Positions 43,101 through 53,468 of a stretch of DNA of 64,000 nucleotides are shown here, piece by piece (the stretch's first letter is position 1; each line of letters begins with the position of its first letter). The translations under genes were made by a program, and so were the position numbers. The notes under the pieces are model-generated. The model ran no database searches, had not been told where the DNA came from, and saw nothing but the letters and a program-made list of their open reading frames with translations. The stretch is from assembly GCA_963422375.2 (NCBI GenBank), contig CAXXKD010000001.1, forward strand, positions 384,001 through 448,000. The letters are read 5' to 3'. Origin of the DNA: Bryobacterales bacterium. GTDB taxonomy: Bacteria > Acidobacteriota > Terriglobia > Bryobacterales > UBA6623.

Positions 43101-43721
43101 CTTGTCGAGCCGGGCGATTACCAGATTCGCCTCGAGGAACCAATTCCCGGTCTTGGCGGAATTCAGCCTGTCGTTTGTGAGGATCTCGAACGGGAGCTGG
43201 AACCGGCGGGACATTTCGTCCTGCCACTGCTCGGCAAGGCCGCCCGGGCATACCACTAGGCAGCGCTCTACATCGCCGCGGGCGATCAGCTCCTTGATCA
43301 GCAGCCCTGCCATGATCGTCTTGCCCGCGCCCGGATCGTCTGCAAGAAGAAAGCGCAGAGGCTGGCGAGGCAGCATCGACTCGTACACGGCGGTGATTTG
43401 ATGCGGCAGTGGGTCGACCAACGAGGTGTGGACGGCCAGCAACGGGTCGAATAGATGGGCAAGGCGGATCCGCCGCGCTTCGCAAGCGAGCCGGAACAGC
43501 GCCCCGTCACCGTCGAAACTCCAGGGCCGCCCGTGAGTGACAACCTCTAGGCGGGCTTGGTCATGCCGGTACAGCACCTCGTTGCCGACGACGCCGAACG
43601 GTGTCTTGTAGGTCAGCTCGAGTGCTTCCGAGCCGTACCACTGCACGCTGACTACCGTGACCTCGCCGTCGGGAAGGACGCCGCGCACGACGCAGCGCGG
43701 CTTGAGGTCTTCGAGGCGCAT
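40152..43721 (-). CDS. SNF2-family helicase with C-terminal DUF3883 nuclease
   Basis: LADDPGAGKT, DEAH, TATPH, GEGINLQ, EQRFGRIHRIGQ; GYDIES...FIEVKGR. Confidence 0.92.
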   Translation of the reverse strand: MRLEDLKPRCVVRGVLPDGEVTVVSVQWYGSEALELTYKTPFGVVGNEVLYRHDQARLEVVTHGRPWSFDGDGALFRLACEARRIRLAHLFDPLLAVHTSLVDPLPHQITAVYESMLPRQPLRFLLADDPGAGKTIMAGLLIKELIARGDVERCLVVCPGGLAEQWQDEMSRRFQLPFEILTNDRLNSAKTGNWFLEANLVIARLDKLSRDETVQEKLQAPDAAWDLVVCDEAHKLSATFFGGEIKYTKRYRLAQLLSGLTRHLLLMTATPHNGKDEDFQLFLALLDGDRFEGRFRDGVHTVDVTDLMRRMVKERLLTFDGKPLFPKRIAHTVPFKLSDDEDRLYSKVTDYVREEFNRADALANAKQARTVGFALTILQRRLASSPAAIYESLRRRRERLESRLRELEELQRGGKLEPALLFAAPELDRDDLDDLDDLPEQESHDAEGRIGDQATAARSIRELRAEIETLKQLQGLARVVRNSRLDTKWRELASLLGTKITSTDSATQAAARSVADSAGGASLSPSPPRLVIFTEHRDTLHYLRDRITTVLGRESAVVVIHGSMGRKERLAAQESFRHDPDVRVLLATDAAGEGINLQHAHLMVNYDLPWNPNRLEQRFGRIHRIGQTEVCHLWNFVADKTREGDVYERLLEKLDQAREALGGQVFDVLGKLEFQGRPLRELLLDAIRYGGQPEVRARLDKVVDQALDQDALRELLAERQLVHDAMDARRVQGVREEMERAEARRLQPHYIESFFREAFQRLGGTARQREARRFEVTHVPPAVRGRERVSGTGAPVLARYERIAFEKTLVAPPRQPVAALVCPGHPLLDAVIDLTLERHRDLLKRGTVLVDERDDGTGPRVLFSIEHSLQDGSVTRTGERRVISKRVLYVERHADGAMRHLHIAPYLDYRPLAADEPDVATILERAECKWINREIEQGVQSHAVVHVVPKHVAEVRDARVALIEKTKAAVKDRLTKEISFWDHRAEELKLAEQAGKSGARLNSAEARRRADSLQARLEKRLKQLDREAQISPRPPVVLGGALIVPRGLVAEMAGGAPVPEPPAKTQEAAARARSIVMKTERGLGREPTDREYEKLGYDIESRDPASGRLRFIEVKGRRSDADTITVTRNEILYSLNNPDNFILAIILFFDDRKPYVGYIRRPFRREPDFNAASVNYAMKDLLAMAEEPQ

Positions 43722-43999
43722 GGCAGAATCGTACCCATTGTCCCCGTGGGTTGACGTGCTGGGATACCGGGGCAACGGACGTCAGGGAACTGGACGAAGA
43801 CTCTGGCTCGGTTCGGACGGGACGAAGCCGTACGTCGGCTCGCGCGCACGACGAGGGGACGCGGGGATGGAGTCCGAGGCGCCGAACACCGGATGTGCCC
43901 AACTCGGTCCGGGCGCCAAGTCCCGACGCGAGCTGTCTTGGACTACGCTGACCAACTCAAGGTGGCCGCACGGAGCGCCGGCGTGCCGGTTACGGGGAC

Positions 44000-45385
44000 T
44001 TAGTCCTCGAACCGGTAGAGCCACCCGTCGGTGCGCACGTAGATCGCCCCGTCCGCGAGCGCCGGCGTAGCGAAAACGCCGTCCTCCAGGTCACTCGTGC
44101 CGAGCACCTCCCAGTCCGCTCCGGCCTTGACGACCGCCACCTTCCCGCTCTCGCCGAAGAAGTAGACCCTCCCGTCCGCCGCCACGGGCGACGCAGAGTA
44201 GCCGTCGACCGCCCCCGAGAGGCGGCCCCGCTTCAGGATGGCTCCGGTCTCGGCGTCGAGTGCGTGCAGAATGCCGCCGTTCTTGACGAAGTAGAGCGTG
44301 CGCTCGTACACCAGCGGTGACGGGATGACGCCGATGAGGCTGCGTTCGTACCGCCAGACTTCCCGCACGGAGAACTCGCTCCCGTCGCGTTCGAGGCGCA
44401 TCGCGGCGAGACGCGACGGTCCCGTGCGCCTCCCCATGATGTCGTCCCAGTCGACTTGCTCGAGAATGCCGTCCCGGTCTCCGCGATGCTCGGCCACGGC
44501 CGAAAGGAACGCATGCCCGGCGTACTCGGACGGTTCGAGACTGCCGCTGCCGTCGGAGTCTCGCTCCGAGAGTGTCGCGCTGAACTTGGACGGCGCCTCG
44601 AAGTTGTAGCCGAACGCGAAGACCGTGTCGCCGGCCAGCACCGGGCTCGCCACCATCACCCCGGCGAACCCGCCCTCGCGCAGGGTGCGCTTCCCGCTCG
44701 CGGCGTCGTAGGACCCGAGCAGTCTCGTGCTGACCGTCAGGATCTGCGTCCGGCCGCCATCGGGGCGGTAGGCCAGGGGAGTGGTCCAGCTGTCGGTTTC
44801 CGCGCGCTGAGTCTTCCAGACGGTCTCGCCGTTGTCTGGATCGAATGCCGCGATATACGACCCGGCGGCATGGTCGAGCTGCAGCACCAGCAATCCGTCG
44901 ACGATGATCGGCGAGGCCCCGAGCCCCTGCTCGTTCGAGAACGGCCCCAATTCGGTGCGCCAGCGCAGCTGCCCGTCTGCGTCGTAGGAAAGCAGGCCGG
45001 CGTCCTCGAAGAACGCGTACACGTTTTCGCCGTCGGTGACCGGGCTGGTCGAGGCCGGCTCGTTCAACTCATGCAGCAGGGCACCGCGCCCGCGTTCGAC
45101 CGCCCGTTCCCACACGAGCCTGCCGGTGGATCGGTCGAAGCACTGCGTGTACAGCCTCCCGTTCCCGGCCGACGTCAGGAAGACTCGGTCCCGGGCCAGT
45201 ACCGGAGACGACTTGCCGCGCCGGACGGGCGTCTTCCAGCGCACGTTGGTCGCGGGACCGAGCTTGGTCGGGAACCCCGAATCGGCCGAGATGCCGGAGC
45301 CGTTCGGCCCCCGGAATCGAGACCAAGGCCCGGCAAAAAGCGCGGACGCCAGCAAGGCAGCCAGCAATGCTCGGAGAACCAGCAT
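44000..45385 (-). CDS. Secreted PQQ-binding-like beta-propeller protein
   Basis: WSRFRGPNGSG, SSPV, ASPVAADGRVY, ATPALADGAIYVRT; EF-hand-like DSDGSG insert. Confidence 0.85.
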   Translation of the reverse strand: MLVLRALLAALLASALFAGPWSRFRGPNGSGISADSGFPTKLGPATNVRWKTPVRRGKSSPVLARDRVFLTSAGNGRLYTQCFDRSTGRLVWERAVERGRGALLHELNEPASTSPVTDGENVYAFFEDAGLLSYDADGQLRWRTELGPFSNEQGLGASPIIVDGLLVLQLDHAAGSYIAAFDPDNGETVWKTQRAETDSWTTPLAYRPDGGRTQILTVSTRLLGSYDAASGKRTLREGGFAGVMVASPVLAGDTVFAFGYNFEAPSKFSATLSERDSDGSGSLEPSEYAGHAFLSAVAEHRGDRDGILEQVDWDDIMGRRTGPSRLAAMRLERDGSEFSVREVWRYERSLIGVIPSPLVYERTLYFVKNGGILHALDAETGAILKRGRLSGAVDGYSASPVAADGRVYFFGESGKVAVVKAGADWEVLGTSDLEDGVFATPALADGAIYVRTDGWLYRFED

Positions 45386-45481
45386 GCGCCGTTGAACCTA
45401 GCACAGGTCCTCTCCGACGCGGCCGAGCGCCTTGGATCTCGATTGAATGGGAGGCGCCAGGCTCGACTGTCGGGGCCGGAC

Positions 45482-46723
45482 TCAGCCCCACCACTTCTCG
45501 CCGTCCGCGAGGTGCGCCCGGACGACGTCCGGGTCGAGCTCGATCCCTAGACCGGGCTTGTCCGGCACTTCGACGAAGCCGTCCTGCGCCAGCGGTCCGT
45601 CATGCACGATGACGTCGTCCATCCACCCGCCGTCGAAGAAGACGGTTTCGCAGGCGAAGTAGTCGCGGACCGTCGAGGCCCAGTGGACCGTAGCCATGCC
45701 GTTGACGATGCTTCCGGTGTTGTGATTCGCGACGGGCAGGAAGTACAGGTCCGCTAGGTCGGCCATGCGCTTCGTCTCGAGAAAGCCGCCCGAGTTTCGC
45801 AGGTCCGGGTGCAGGATATCGATGGCTGCGTTGACCACGAACGGCAGCGCCTCGGCACGTCGCATCCAGTTCTCGCCGGTGCAGATCGGCACTGGCGACA
45901 TTTCGGCCAGGCGCTTCCAGCTCTCGGAATAGGCGACCGGAAGCGGATCTTCGAGGAAGCGCGGCTTGACATCCTCCAGGGCGATCGCCATGTCGATGGA
46001 GCTCCGCAGGTCGAATTCCCAGTGGCAGCCGATCAGGATGTCGTGCTCGAACCCGAGCGCGTCGCGGCAGTTCTCGAAGCCCTGGCGCAGCCGTCGCAAC
46101 TCGTCGCTCGAGAGCATGCGGTTCGACGGGTCGCGGCCCGGGTCGATACCCGGGGTGTTGCGCAAGGGGCCGAACTTGTGCATATTGATGCCGAACGGGC
46201 TCTCCTTGACCTGCTGCGCCCAGTCCCGCAGGGCCGCCTTGTCGAAGAAACTGTCCGGGCGCGAATGGTCGTAGAGTCGGACCCTGTCGCGGAACTTCCC
46301 GCCCAGGAGCTTGTAGGTCGGCACGGCGAGCAGCTTCCCGGCCAGATCCCACAGGGCCATTTCGATCCCGCTCATGGCTCTCTGCTGGGCGTGCGCGCTG
46401 CCGTCCGTGTACCGGGCGACCGTGTAGAGGCGGTCGATCTGGAGCGGGTCCTTGCCGACGAAGAGGTCGCGCAGTCCGCGGACTTCCTCCCGGATTCCGA
46501 GCCCGGGCGAGCCGTAGGCCTCCGCGAAGCCATGCAACCCCGCATCGGTGTCGACGCGGACCAGCGTGTAGGTGCGCGGGCCCTGCAGGATCATGGTCCG
46601 GATATCCGTGATCCTGACCTTGTTGCGGTCAGCGGCGCTGAGCTGGCGAAAGCCTGCCAGCCAGCCGGGGACGGTCGCTCCCGCGAGCGCGGAAAGAAAG
46701 CGGCGCCGGTTGGTTTCAGCCAT
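45482..46723 (-). CDS. Mandelate racemase/muconate lactonizing enzyme family, Tat signal
   Basis: RRRFL, SGIEMALWDLAGK, LLGGKFRDRV, FLEDP, CTGEN, PDKPGLGIE. Confidence 0.9.
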   Translation of the reverse strand: MAETNRRRFLSALAGATVPGWLAGFRQLSAADRNKVRITDIRTMILQGPRTYTLVRVDTDAGLHGFAEAYGSPGLGIREEVRGLRDLFVGKDPLQIDRLYTVARYTDGSAHAQQRAMSGIEMALWDLAGKLLAVPTYKLLGGKFRDRVRLYDHSRPDSFFDKAALRDWAQQVKESPFGINMHKFGPLRNTPGIDPGRDPSNRMLSSDELRRLRQGFENCRDALGFEHDILIGCHWEFDLRSSIDMAIALEDVKPRFLEDPLPVAYSESWKRLAEMSPVPICTGENWMRRAEALPFVVNAAIDILHPDLRNSGGFLETKRMADLADLYFLPVANHNTGSIVNGMATVHWASTVRDYFACETVFFDGGWMDDVIVHDGPLAQDGFVEVPDKPGLGIELDPDVVRAHLADGEKWWG

Positions 46724-46843
46724 CGTGATCGCCAGTATAGGTTGCGCCGCGCTCGGAATGTAGAGCTTGGGCGGCCCTTCGGCCCCTTCTCGGATGCGCC
46801 GCGCGACCGCGGCGAAGGCAGCGAACCGGCTGCCGCGGCAAGC

Positions 46844-47602
46844 TCAGCGGGCCGTGGCCCCGCCGTCGATCACCATGACTTGGCCCGTCACCCAGGCCGA
46901 CTCGTCCGATGCAAGGTACAGGGCCATGCCCCCGATGTCGCTCGTCTCGCCCAGCCGCCTGATCGGCTGGGTCGGAGGGTACGGCGCGTCCTTGTCGAGG
47001 TTCTTCCAGAAGTAGGAGCTGAAGTCGGTCCGGACCAGGCCCGGAGCGATTGCGTTGACGCGGACGCCGTGCCGGCCCCACTCGTCGGCCCAGGTCCGGG
47101 TCATCATGATCAGACCGGCCTTCGTGAAGCTGTACAGCAGCCCTTCCCGCTGGGGCCGCAGCCCGGCGATCGACGCGATGTTGATCACGGAGCCGCCACC
47201 CCTCTCGATCATCTTGGGCACCACTAGGCGCAGGAAGCGCACGGCGGACAGGACGTTGATCTCGACCATCTTCATCACGGCCGTGTCGGACACGCTCAGC
47301 GAAGGCCCCTGTTCGAGGTTGGTCGCGCCGTTATTGACCATGATGTCGATCGCCCCGAACCGCTGTTCGGTCTCGGCCACGGTCGCTTCCACTTGGTCGG
47401 GCTTGCCGATGTGGCAAGGGACGGCATGCACTCGCCCCTGCAAGGGCGCGAACTCCTCCTCCGTCCGCCGGAGATTCTCCAGCTTCCTGCTCGCGATGAC
47501 GACGTCGGCGCCGGCCGCGACGAAGCGCCTAGCGATTTCCTTGCCTATTCCTCGGCCGCCTCCGGTGACTAGGGCGACCTTTCCGTCGAGACTGAAACTC
47601 AT
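46844..47602 (-). CDS. SDR family oxidoreductase
   Basis: [27 protein letters not shown]. Confidence 0.92.
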   Translation of the reverse strand: MSFSLDGKVALVTGGGRGIGKEIARRFVAAGADVVIASRKLENLRRTEEEFAPLQGRVHAVPCHIGKPDQVEATVAETEQRFGAIDIMVNNGATNLEQGPSLSVSDTAVMKMVEINVLSAVRFLRLVVPKMIERGGGSVINIASIAGLRPQREGLLYSFTKAGLIMMTRTWADEWGRHGVRVNAIAPGLVRTDFSSYFWKNLDKDAPYPPTQPIRRLGETSDIGGMALYLASDESAWVTGQVMVIDGGATAR

Positions 47603-48037
47603 CGAGTGCGACCTGCCTCCGAAGACAGGTTGTACCACGAGTGGCGGACCGGTCGCCGCGGCAGCGGTCCGCGCGATACCGGCCGCGCGCGGTGCTCGGC
47701 GGCCCTCGCAGGGCTGGGCTCCCGCGTGTCGTCGCCGCCGGTGGGCGGCTTCGCGATCGCTCGGGCAGGCTCACGTTTGCGGACGTGTAGCTCGCATCGA
47801 GGCATTGGCGGCCCCTCGGCCTGGCGAGCGCGGGCTTGCGGCGGCCTCACTTGCCACGCTGGCGCCGTCGCGCAAGAGGGCCGCTCGGCCGAGATCCTGG
47901 GCGTGCCGACATCCGGAAGGCACTGCCGCCCGCTGCCCGAACATAAAACAATCCGATCAGAGACCTCGGGACGTGTCGCCGGCAAATTGCAGGGCGCGCA
48001 CTCGGGCAGCCGGGTACCCTCGTCAGACCCGCAGGCG

Positions 48038-48622
48038 TGCGACGCTAGCGTACGCGGCGCTGGCGATTCTTCCCGTTGCTGCCTTGGCCCAAGGCGTCGC
48101 GGCGCGGGGCGTTCTGCCGAGGCCCCGGGGCGAGCCCTCTGGCCCGCCATTCCATGCGAATTTCGTCGACTCCATGCGAGTTTCGTCGACGTGGCGTAGG
48201 AAGCCGGGCTGCGCAGGCCGACCGTCTACGGCGAGGACGACCGCAACGACTACCTTCTCGAAACGATAGGCGGCGGCGCTCGGCTTGATTTCGACGGGGA
48301 CGGCTGGCTCGACCTCTTGCTCATGGGCGGGACGCGATTCGCGAACCCGTCCCTGGCCAGTTCCTTCCAGCTGCACCGCAACCGCGGCGACGGGACCTTC
48401 GAGGAAGTGACCGCCGAGGCCGGCCTCCACTGGGTCGGCTGGGCCTCGAGCGCGACTGTCGGCGACGTCGACAACGATGGCGACGCGGATCTGTTCGTGA
48501 CCTTCCGGGGGCGCCACGCCCGGTTCCTGAACGGCGGCGGCGGATTCGCGGAGGTGACGGAGGTCACCGGGTTTGCGGACGAGGACGTGCGCTGGGGATC
48601 CGGGACCACGTTCCTAGACTAG
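48038..48622 (+). pseudogene. FG-GAP/CRTAC1 (ASPIC-UnbV-type) protein, 5' fragment
   Basis: DFDGDGWLDL, RNRGDGTFEEVT, GDVDNDGDADLFV; 20-bp duplication 48151-48190, internal stop, cut by a MITE. Confidence 0.75.
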
Positions 48623-48879
48623 TTCTTGTGACAAGACCCCCTGAATTCTGGCCCACTCAGCATTTCATACTACATCCTGAGGTCGGACGAATCTCCAAAA
48701 ACAACATATTGGGCCCAAGGTCGGAAGTTGCTCAGACGCCAATCGCGACGATTCCCGCGGTCTACCCAGACGCTCCAGGATTTCGGATTCGTCGTAGTAT
48801 TCCAGCGAAATCTTCGCCTTGAGAGATTGGATCTAACGCCTTTGTTGTCAAGGGGATACGAGTCTTGTCAGGGGCACTA
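48620..48879. mobile_element. MITE family 1, copy 2
   Basis: Collinear with 24672-24930, same TIRs. Confidence 0.85.
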
Positions 48880-48881
48880 GG

Positions 48882-49395
48882 TAGTGCTTGTGACAGAACG
48901 CACAACCCCTTATTTTCCAAGCGGTTGCAGCAGGTCCGTGGGACGAAGATCGGGCCGATCCGGGCCGGCTTGTGAGCTTCCGGGGGGGGGGGGGGGCAAT
49001 CTTCGTTGAGGAAATTCCCGTGAGGACTGTTCAGTAGATCCAGCTCACCCTTGGCCAGGCCGCCATGGAGGATATTGATCTCGACGTCCGTTCCCGCGAC
49101 GATATCCCGGCCATCGTGCGAGAAATACAGTTTCGATTCTTCCGCGGGCGAGTCCGAAAAAATCAATCCTGAAGTCGGTCGTCCCGGCATGCAGCTGTGG
49201 AATAATCTCGTCTCGGGACTGCTCAAGCAGGGATTGAATCGCGACTATGACCGCTTGACGGAGCTGGTGAACAAGCACGCGGACGTCCGGCGCTTCCTCG
49301 GTCTGAACGCGACGCTCGACGAGCAGGTCTTCAGCTACCGGACAGTCAACCGGAATCCGAAGCTTCTTACGCCCGACCTCCTCGCGGAAATCAAT
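48882..49395 (+). pseudogene. ISNCY-like element left end and transposase N-terminal fragment
   Basis: TIR TAGTGCTTGTGACAG; GRPGMQLW...LKQGLNRDYDRL...LLTPDLLAEIN, interrupted by IS1595-B. Confidence 0.65.
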
Positions 49396-50917
49396 GGGAA
49401 TTATATATCTGAGTGCCGAAGGAATCAATTCGGCAAATTATCAAGCCATAATAAGATTTCATATTTCTTCCGATTTTCCGTTGACATTCTGTGGTTTTTC
49501 TTGGTAGAATAGTTCCAGTAGTGGATGCCGTAAATGAAGAAACCAGGCCCCGGAAAGTGGTTCCGTAAAGGCATCACATTGATCGAAGTGATCGCCATGT
49601 TCCCCGATGACGAATCCGCGGAAAAGTGGTTCGCTGCCATGTGCTGGCCGGACGGTCCCGCGTGCCCCCGCTGCCGCGGCTCCAGCGTGCAGTCCGACGC
49701 GGCCCACCCTTCGATGCCGTACCGCTGCCGCGGCTGCGGCAAGCGCTTTTCCGTGCGTACCGGCAGCGCGATGGCCGACACCAAGCTCGGCTACCGCACC
49801 TGGGCCGTCGCCCTGTTCCTGCTGACCACCGGCCTCAAGGGCGTCTCGAGCATGAAGCTGCATCGCGACCTAGGCATCAGCCGGAAGTCGGCCTGGCACC
49901 TCGCGCACCGCATCCGCGCGTGCCGGGAGCGGGATCAGGGCCTGTTCGCCGGCCCGGCGGAGGTGGACGAGACCTGCGTGCGTCGGCGGCAAGGAACGCA
50001 ACAAGCACGAGAGCAAGAAGGCCCGCGCCGGGCGCGGGCCCGTCGGCAAGACCCCGGTGGCGGGGGTGCGGGACCGCGCCACGAACGCAGTGGCCGCGCG
50101 GCCGCTGCCGGGCACCGCCAAGGGCGACCTGCAGGGCTTCGTGCGCGCCCGCGTCGCGCCGGGGGCGCAGGTCCGCTCCGACGAGGCGGCGGCCTGCGCC
50201 GGCATGGCGGAGTTCCCGCGCGAAGCCGTCAAGCATTCCGGCGGCGAGTACGTGCGCGGGGCGGCGCATACGAACGGCATCGAGTCGTTTTGGTCCCTGT
50301 TCAAGCGCGGCCTGTACAGAACCTATCACCGGATGAGCGTCCGTCATCTCGGCCGCTACCTCACGGAGTTCGCGGGACGGTGCAACGACCGCGACTGCGA
50401 CACGGCGGAACAGATGCGGCGCATGGCGCGGGGCTTGGTCGGCCGGACGCTGACCTACCGGCAGCTGACCGGCAAGGCCGCGGTCGCGGCCTGAGCGGCG
50501 CCCGCCGAGCTGAGCGCGGCGGCCCGCTGCGGGCGCGCTCTTCACGCTCGGTGCGCTCGGTGTGCTTCACGCTCGGTACGAGGGGCGCACCGGATCCGGC
50601 ATGCCCCGGTGCGCCCCCAGTCCGGCCGGGACCGTCCATGCAGGCCGTCGAGTGCCGGGGATCCGCTGTCTTCGGCCCTCCGAGGGCCTGCAATCGGCTT
50701 GCAAGGCGTGCCCTGCCACCGCCAACCGGGTTCCGCCGGGGCATGCGAGGCGGCCTCTCTAGTCCGTTCCTCGTCAAATCCGCTGGCAGGCTCGATTCAG
50801 ATACGATCCCACCCCTCTGTGCCCATCGCGGCCGCACTCGAATGACCCGAGCTCGACACCGACCTCCCTGCTCAGAGCAGTTCTAGTCGGACATGGCGTC
50901 GTCGGCACTCAGATATA
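49396..50917 (+). mobile_element. IS1595 type B, copy 2 (frameshifted transposase 49534-50494)
   Basis: Left TIR GGGAATTATATATCTGAGTGCCGA; frameshift near 49980; right TIR broken by another TAGTGCTTGTGACA end at 50918. Confidence 0.88.
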
Positions 50918-50972
50918 TAGTGCTTGTGACAAAACCCTGATATTTTGGGAATTCTAGCTGATAGATCCCGAC

Positions 50973-51689
50973 CGGTGCCCGGCAGCGGCCGCGCGGCCAC
51001 TGCGTTCGTGGCGCGGTCCCGCACCCCCGCCACGGGCGTCTTGCCGACGGGCCCGCGCCCGGCGCGGGCCTTCTTGCTCTCGTGCTTGTTGCGCTCCTTG
51101 CCGCCGACGCAGGTCTCGTCCACCTCCGCCGGGCCGGCGAACAGGCCCTGTTCGCGCTCCCAGCACGCGCGGATGCGGTGCGCGAGGTGCCAGGCCGACT
51201 TCCGGCTGATGCCCGGGTCGCGGTGCAGCTTCATGCTGGAGACGCCCTTGATGCCGGTGGTCAGCAGGAACAGGGCGACGGCCCAGGTGCGCTAGCCGAG
51301 CTTGGTGTCGGCCATCGCGCTGCCGGCGCGCACGGAAAAGCGCTTGCCGCAGCCGCGGCAACGGTACGGCATCGAAGGGTGGGCCGTGCCGGACTGCACG
51401 CTGGAGCCGCGGCAGTGGGGGCATACCGGACCGTCGGGCCAGCGCATGGAGGCGACCACTTTTCCGCGGATTCGTCATCGCGGAACATGGCGATCACTTC
51501 AATCAGAGTGATGCCTTTACGAAACCACTTCCCTGGACTTTTCTGCTTCATGGACGACCTCATACATTGGAACTATTCTATCAAAATACTCCACCGAATG
51601 TCAACAGATCTCCGGAAGAAATATGAAATTAATTTATGGAATGATAATTTGCAAAATCGGTTGCCTCGGCACTCAGATATATAATTCCC
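50973..51689 (-). mobile_element. IS1595 type B, copy 3, truncated and inverted
   Basis: Left TIR ends at 51689; frameshift and internal TAG. Confidence 0.85.
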
Positions 51690-51692
51690 AAC

Positions 51693-53468
51693 CTAATCCC
51701 CTAGGGCCCCGCCGCTGTCTGCACCGTCGAGCCAATACGGCTCGCCCAACCGATACGGATCGGCGTCCTGTTCTGCTGGCGGTCGGCGGTCAATCAACCC
51801 AAAGCGCCGGACTGGACAGGCGAGCTTGCGCGCGGCGTCCGCCAGGGCCTCAGCAACGAGGCCCATGAGCGTCGTCCCGCCCGTGACGTTTACGACGACT
51901 TTGGTCGCGTCCACGAGGTCCGCACGGGCATCCTTCGTCAAGCGGTCGATTTCGGCACGCCCGCCGAATGGATCTTTGAGACACAGCGCCTTGACTGGAC
52001 CGTCATAGCCGGCTAGCGATCTCGCTTCGTCGATCTTCGGTTCAGTTTCGCGGGAGCAGATGACGAGACACAGTGCTGGCTCTCCGTCGCACACTCTCAA
52101 AGCGCTGAACAGCACGCCAGGCCTCATTCCGATAGGGCTAACGAGGACCTGCCCGCGCGGGTTGCCGAACGCTAACGACACACGCGGACAATGCCGGAGT
52201 GTTTCTCGCCAGTACTTCTCGACATGATCGCGATTTTTCCTGGTCTTCTTGCTGTCAACGAGCGGCTCTAGGCGCATTCCGTGATGCGCATACCCGTTAC
52301 GGAGCTGCCTAAGTTGGCCCCAGTACGTTCCAAGCGCCCGCTGATCATCTGTCAGTTTGTGCTTGAGCTTGCTGCCATCCCTCCCTATATTTTCGATTGC
52401 GCCGAGAAGTGTGGCGGCACTGCGTCGCGCGGTGTCGTAGTCGAGCCATCTTCCCTCTTCGCCCTGAAGCAGTATTGCCCACGAGACGGTCCACTCGCTC
52501 AGAAGCCCGAGCGCGGTCGGCATATTCCTGCGATCCAGCAGGTCGTCGATGACGCAGGCCTGCCGCTTTAGCTCGCGCTCGGTCAGCCGGATCTGCCCCT
52601 TCCATCCGTCACCCTCGAACTTTTGGTCGCGAAGCGCGAAGGGCTCGAGGGTCGTGTGGATGCGATCGCAAAGCTCATTGCCCAAGGGCAGGCGGTAGTG
52701 GCCCGTGAGGAGTCGTCGCAGCGGCTTGCGGAAACGCTCGCGGATTCGGCTTGCCTTCGCCCCTAGCTCGATCGGAAGCCCCGAGAGACAGGCTTCCGAT
52801 AGCTCAGTCAGTTCAGGTTCGATCTGCTGATTCTGTTGGTTCGAAGGAGCCTCCCGGAGGAGTTTAACCATCGGCAAGGCGCTCCCCGTGTCACGCAGAA
52901 CCCTGAGCGCGTAGAGCCACTCGGGCAGCTCCAGAAGCGGCTTCAAGTCAAGAAATGGACTGGCTTCTCCGCGCCGCAGCAGACCGTAGTAGGCGGCGCG
53001 CACCCGAACCTCTCGAAGAGCAGCCACGTACAGAACTGCGATGTAAGTGAGAAAAGAGAAATGACGGAAGCCATGCGTAACATCGACGGTGATCTCAACC
53101 TCCGAAGGAATGGCTTCTGTGACGCATTGCAGGAACTCGTCTACCTGCTCGGGAGTATCGCCGCCCGAAACTTGGACAAGGTCCATGCAGTACCGGTCGC
53201 CAAGAGCCCGCTGGAGAACGGGCCAGCTCTCGTCTTTCGCTTGCGGCGTACACAGAGCCAAGACGCGATGCGGCCGCGCGGCCTCCGGCAGCAGCTCGAG
53301 CAGAGCAACGGGCGCGAGCTGGGCTTGGGTTGTGAGATCACCTAGGGAATAGGACGCCAGGCTCGGATTCGTTCCGAGCACCGTGAGCAGAATAGTCTCC
53401 GGCACGGCGGCACCCGAGCCACTGGGCGTGGCTGCCCAAGGTTCCGATGGGCTGTCCGTTTCGCTCAT
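51693..53468 (-). CDS. CARF (DxTHG, Csx1/TM1812-like)-HEPN ribonuclease with C-terminal second CARF-like domain
   Basis: VDVTHGFRH; LRNGYAHHG (RxxxxH); C-terminal VSPIGMRPG...VNVTGGTTLM. Confidence 0.82.
   Translation of the reverse strand: MSETDSPSEPWAATPSGSGAAVPETILLTVLGTNPSLASYSLGDLTTQAQLAPVALLELLPEAARPHRVLALCTPQAKDESWPVLQRALGDRYCMDLVQVSGGDTPEQVDEFLQCVTEAIPSEVEITVDVTHGFRHFSFLTYIAVLYVAALREVRVRAAYYGLLRRGEASPFLDLKPLLELPEWLYALRVLRDTGSALPMVKLLREAPSNQQNQQIEPELTELSEACLSGLPIELGAKASRIRERFRKPLRRLLTGHYRLPLGNELCDRIHTTLEPFALRDQKFEGDGWKGQIRLTERELKRQACVIDDLLDRRNMPTALGLLSEWTVSWAILLQGEEGRWLDYDTARRSAATLLGAIENIGRDGSKLKHKLTDDQRALGTYWGQLRQLRNGYAHHGMRLEPLVDSKKTRKNRDHVEKYWRETLRHCPRVSLAFGNPRGQVLVSPIGMRPGVLFSALRVCDGEPALCLVICSRETEPKIDEARSLAGYDGPVKALCLKDPFGGRAEIDRLTKDARADLVDATKVVVNVTGGTTLMGLVAEALADAARKLACPVRRFGLIDRRPPAEQDADPYRLGEPYWLDGADSGGALGD

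Noticed and set aside
48982..48996. G15 homopolymer as a phase-variation tract
   Set aside because: It lies in a dead ISNCY fragment with no functional downstream gene; length may be a sequencing artefact
13517..51295. Several in-frame TAG codons (IS1380, DUF4276, CRTAC1, IS1595) suggesting amber recoding
   Set aside because: They replace different residues, mostly co-occur with frameshifts, and intact genes such as moxR end normally in TAG
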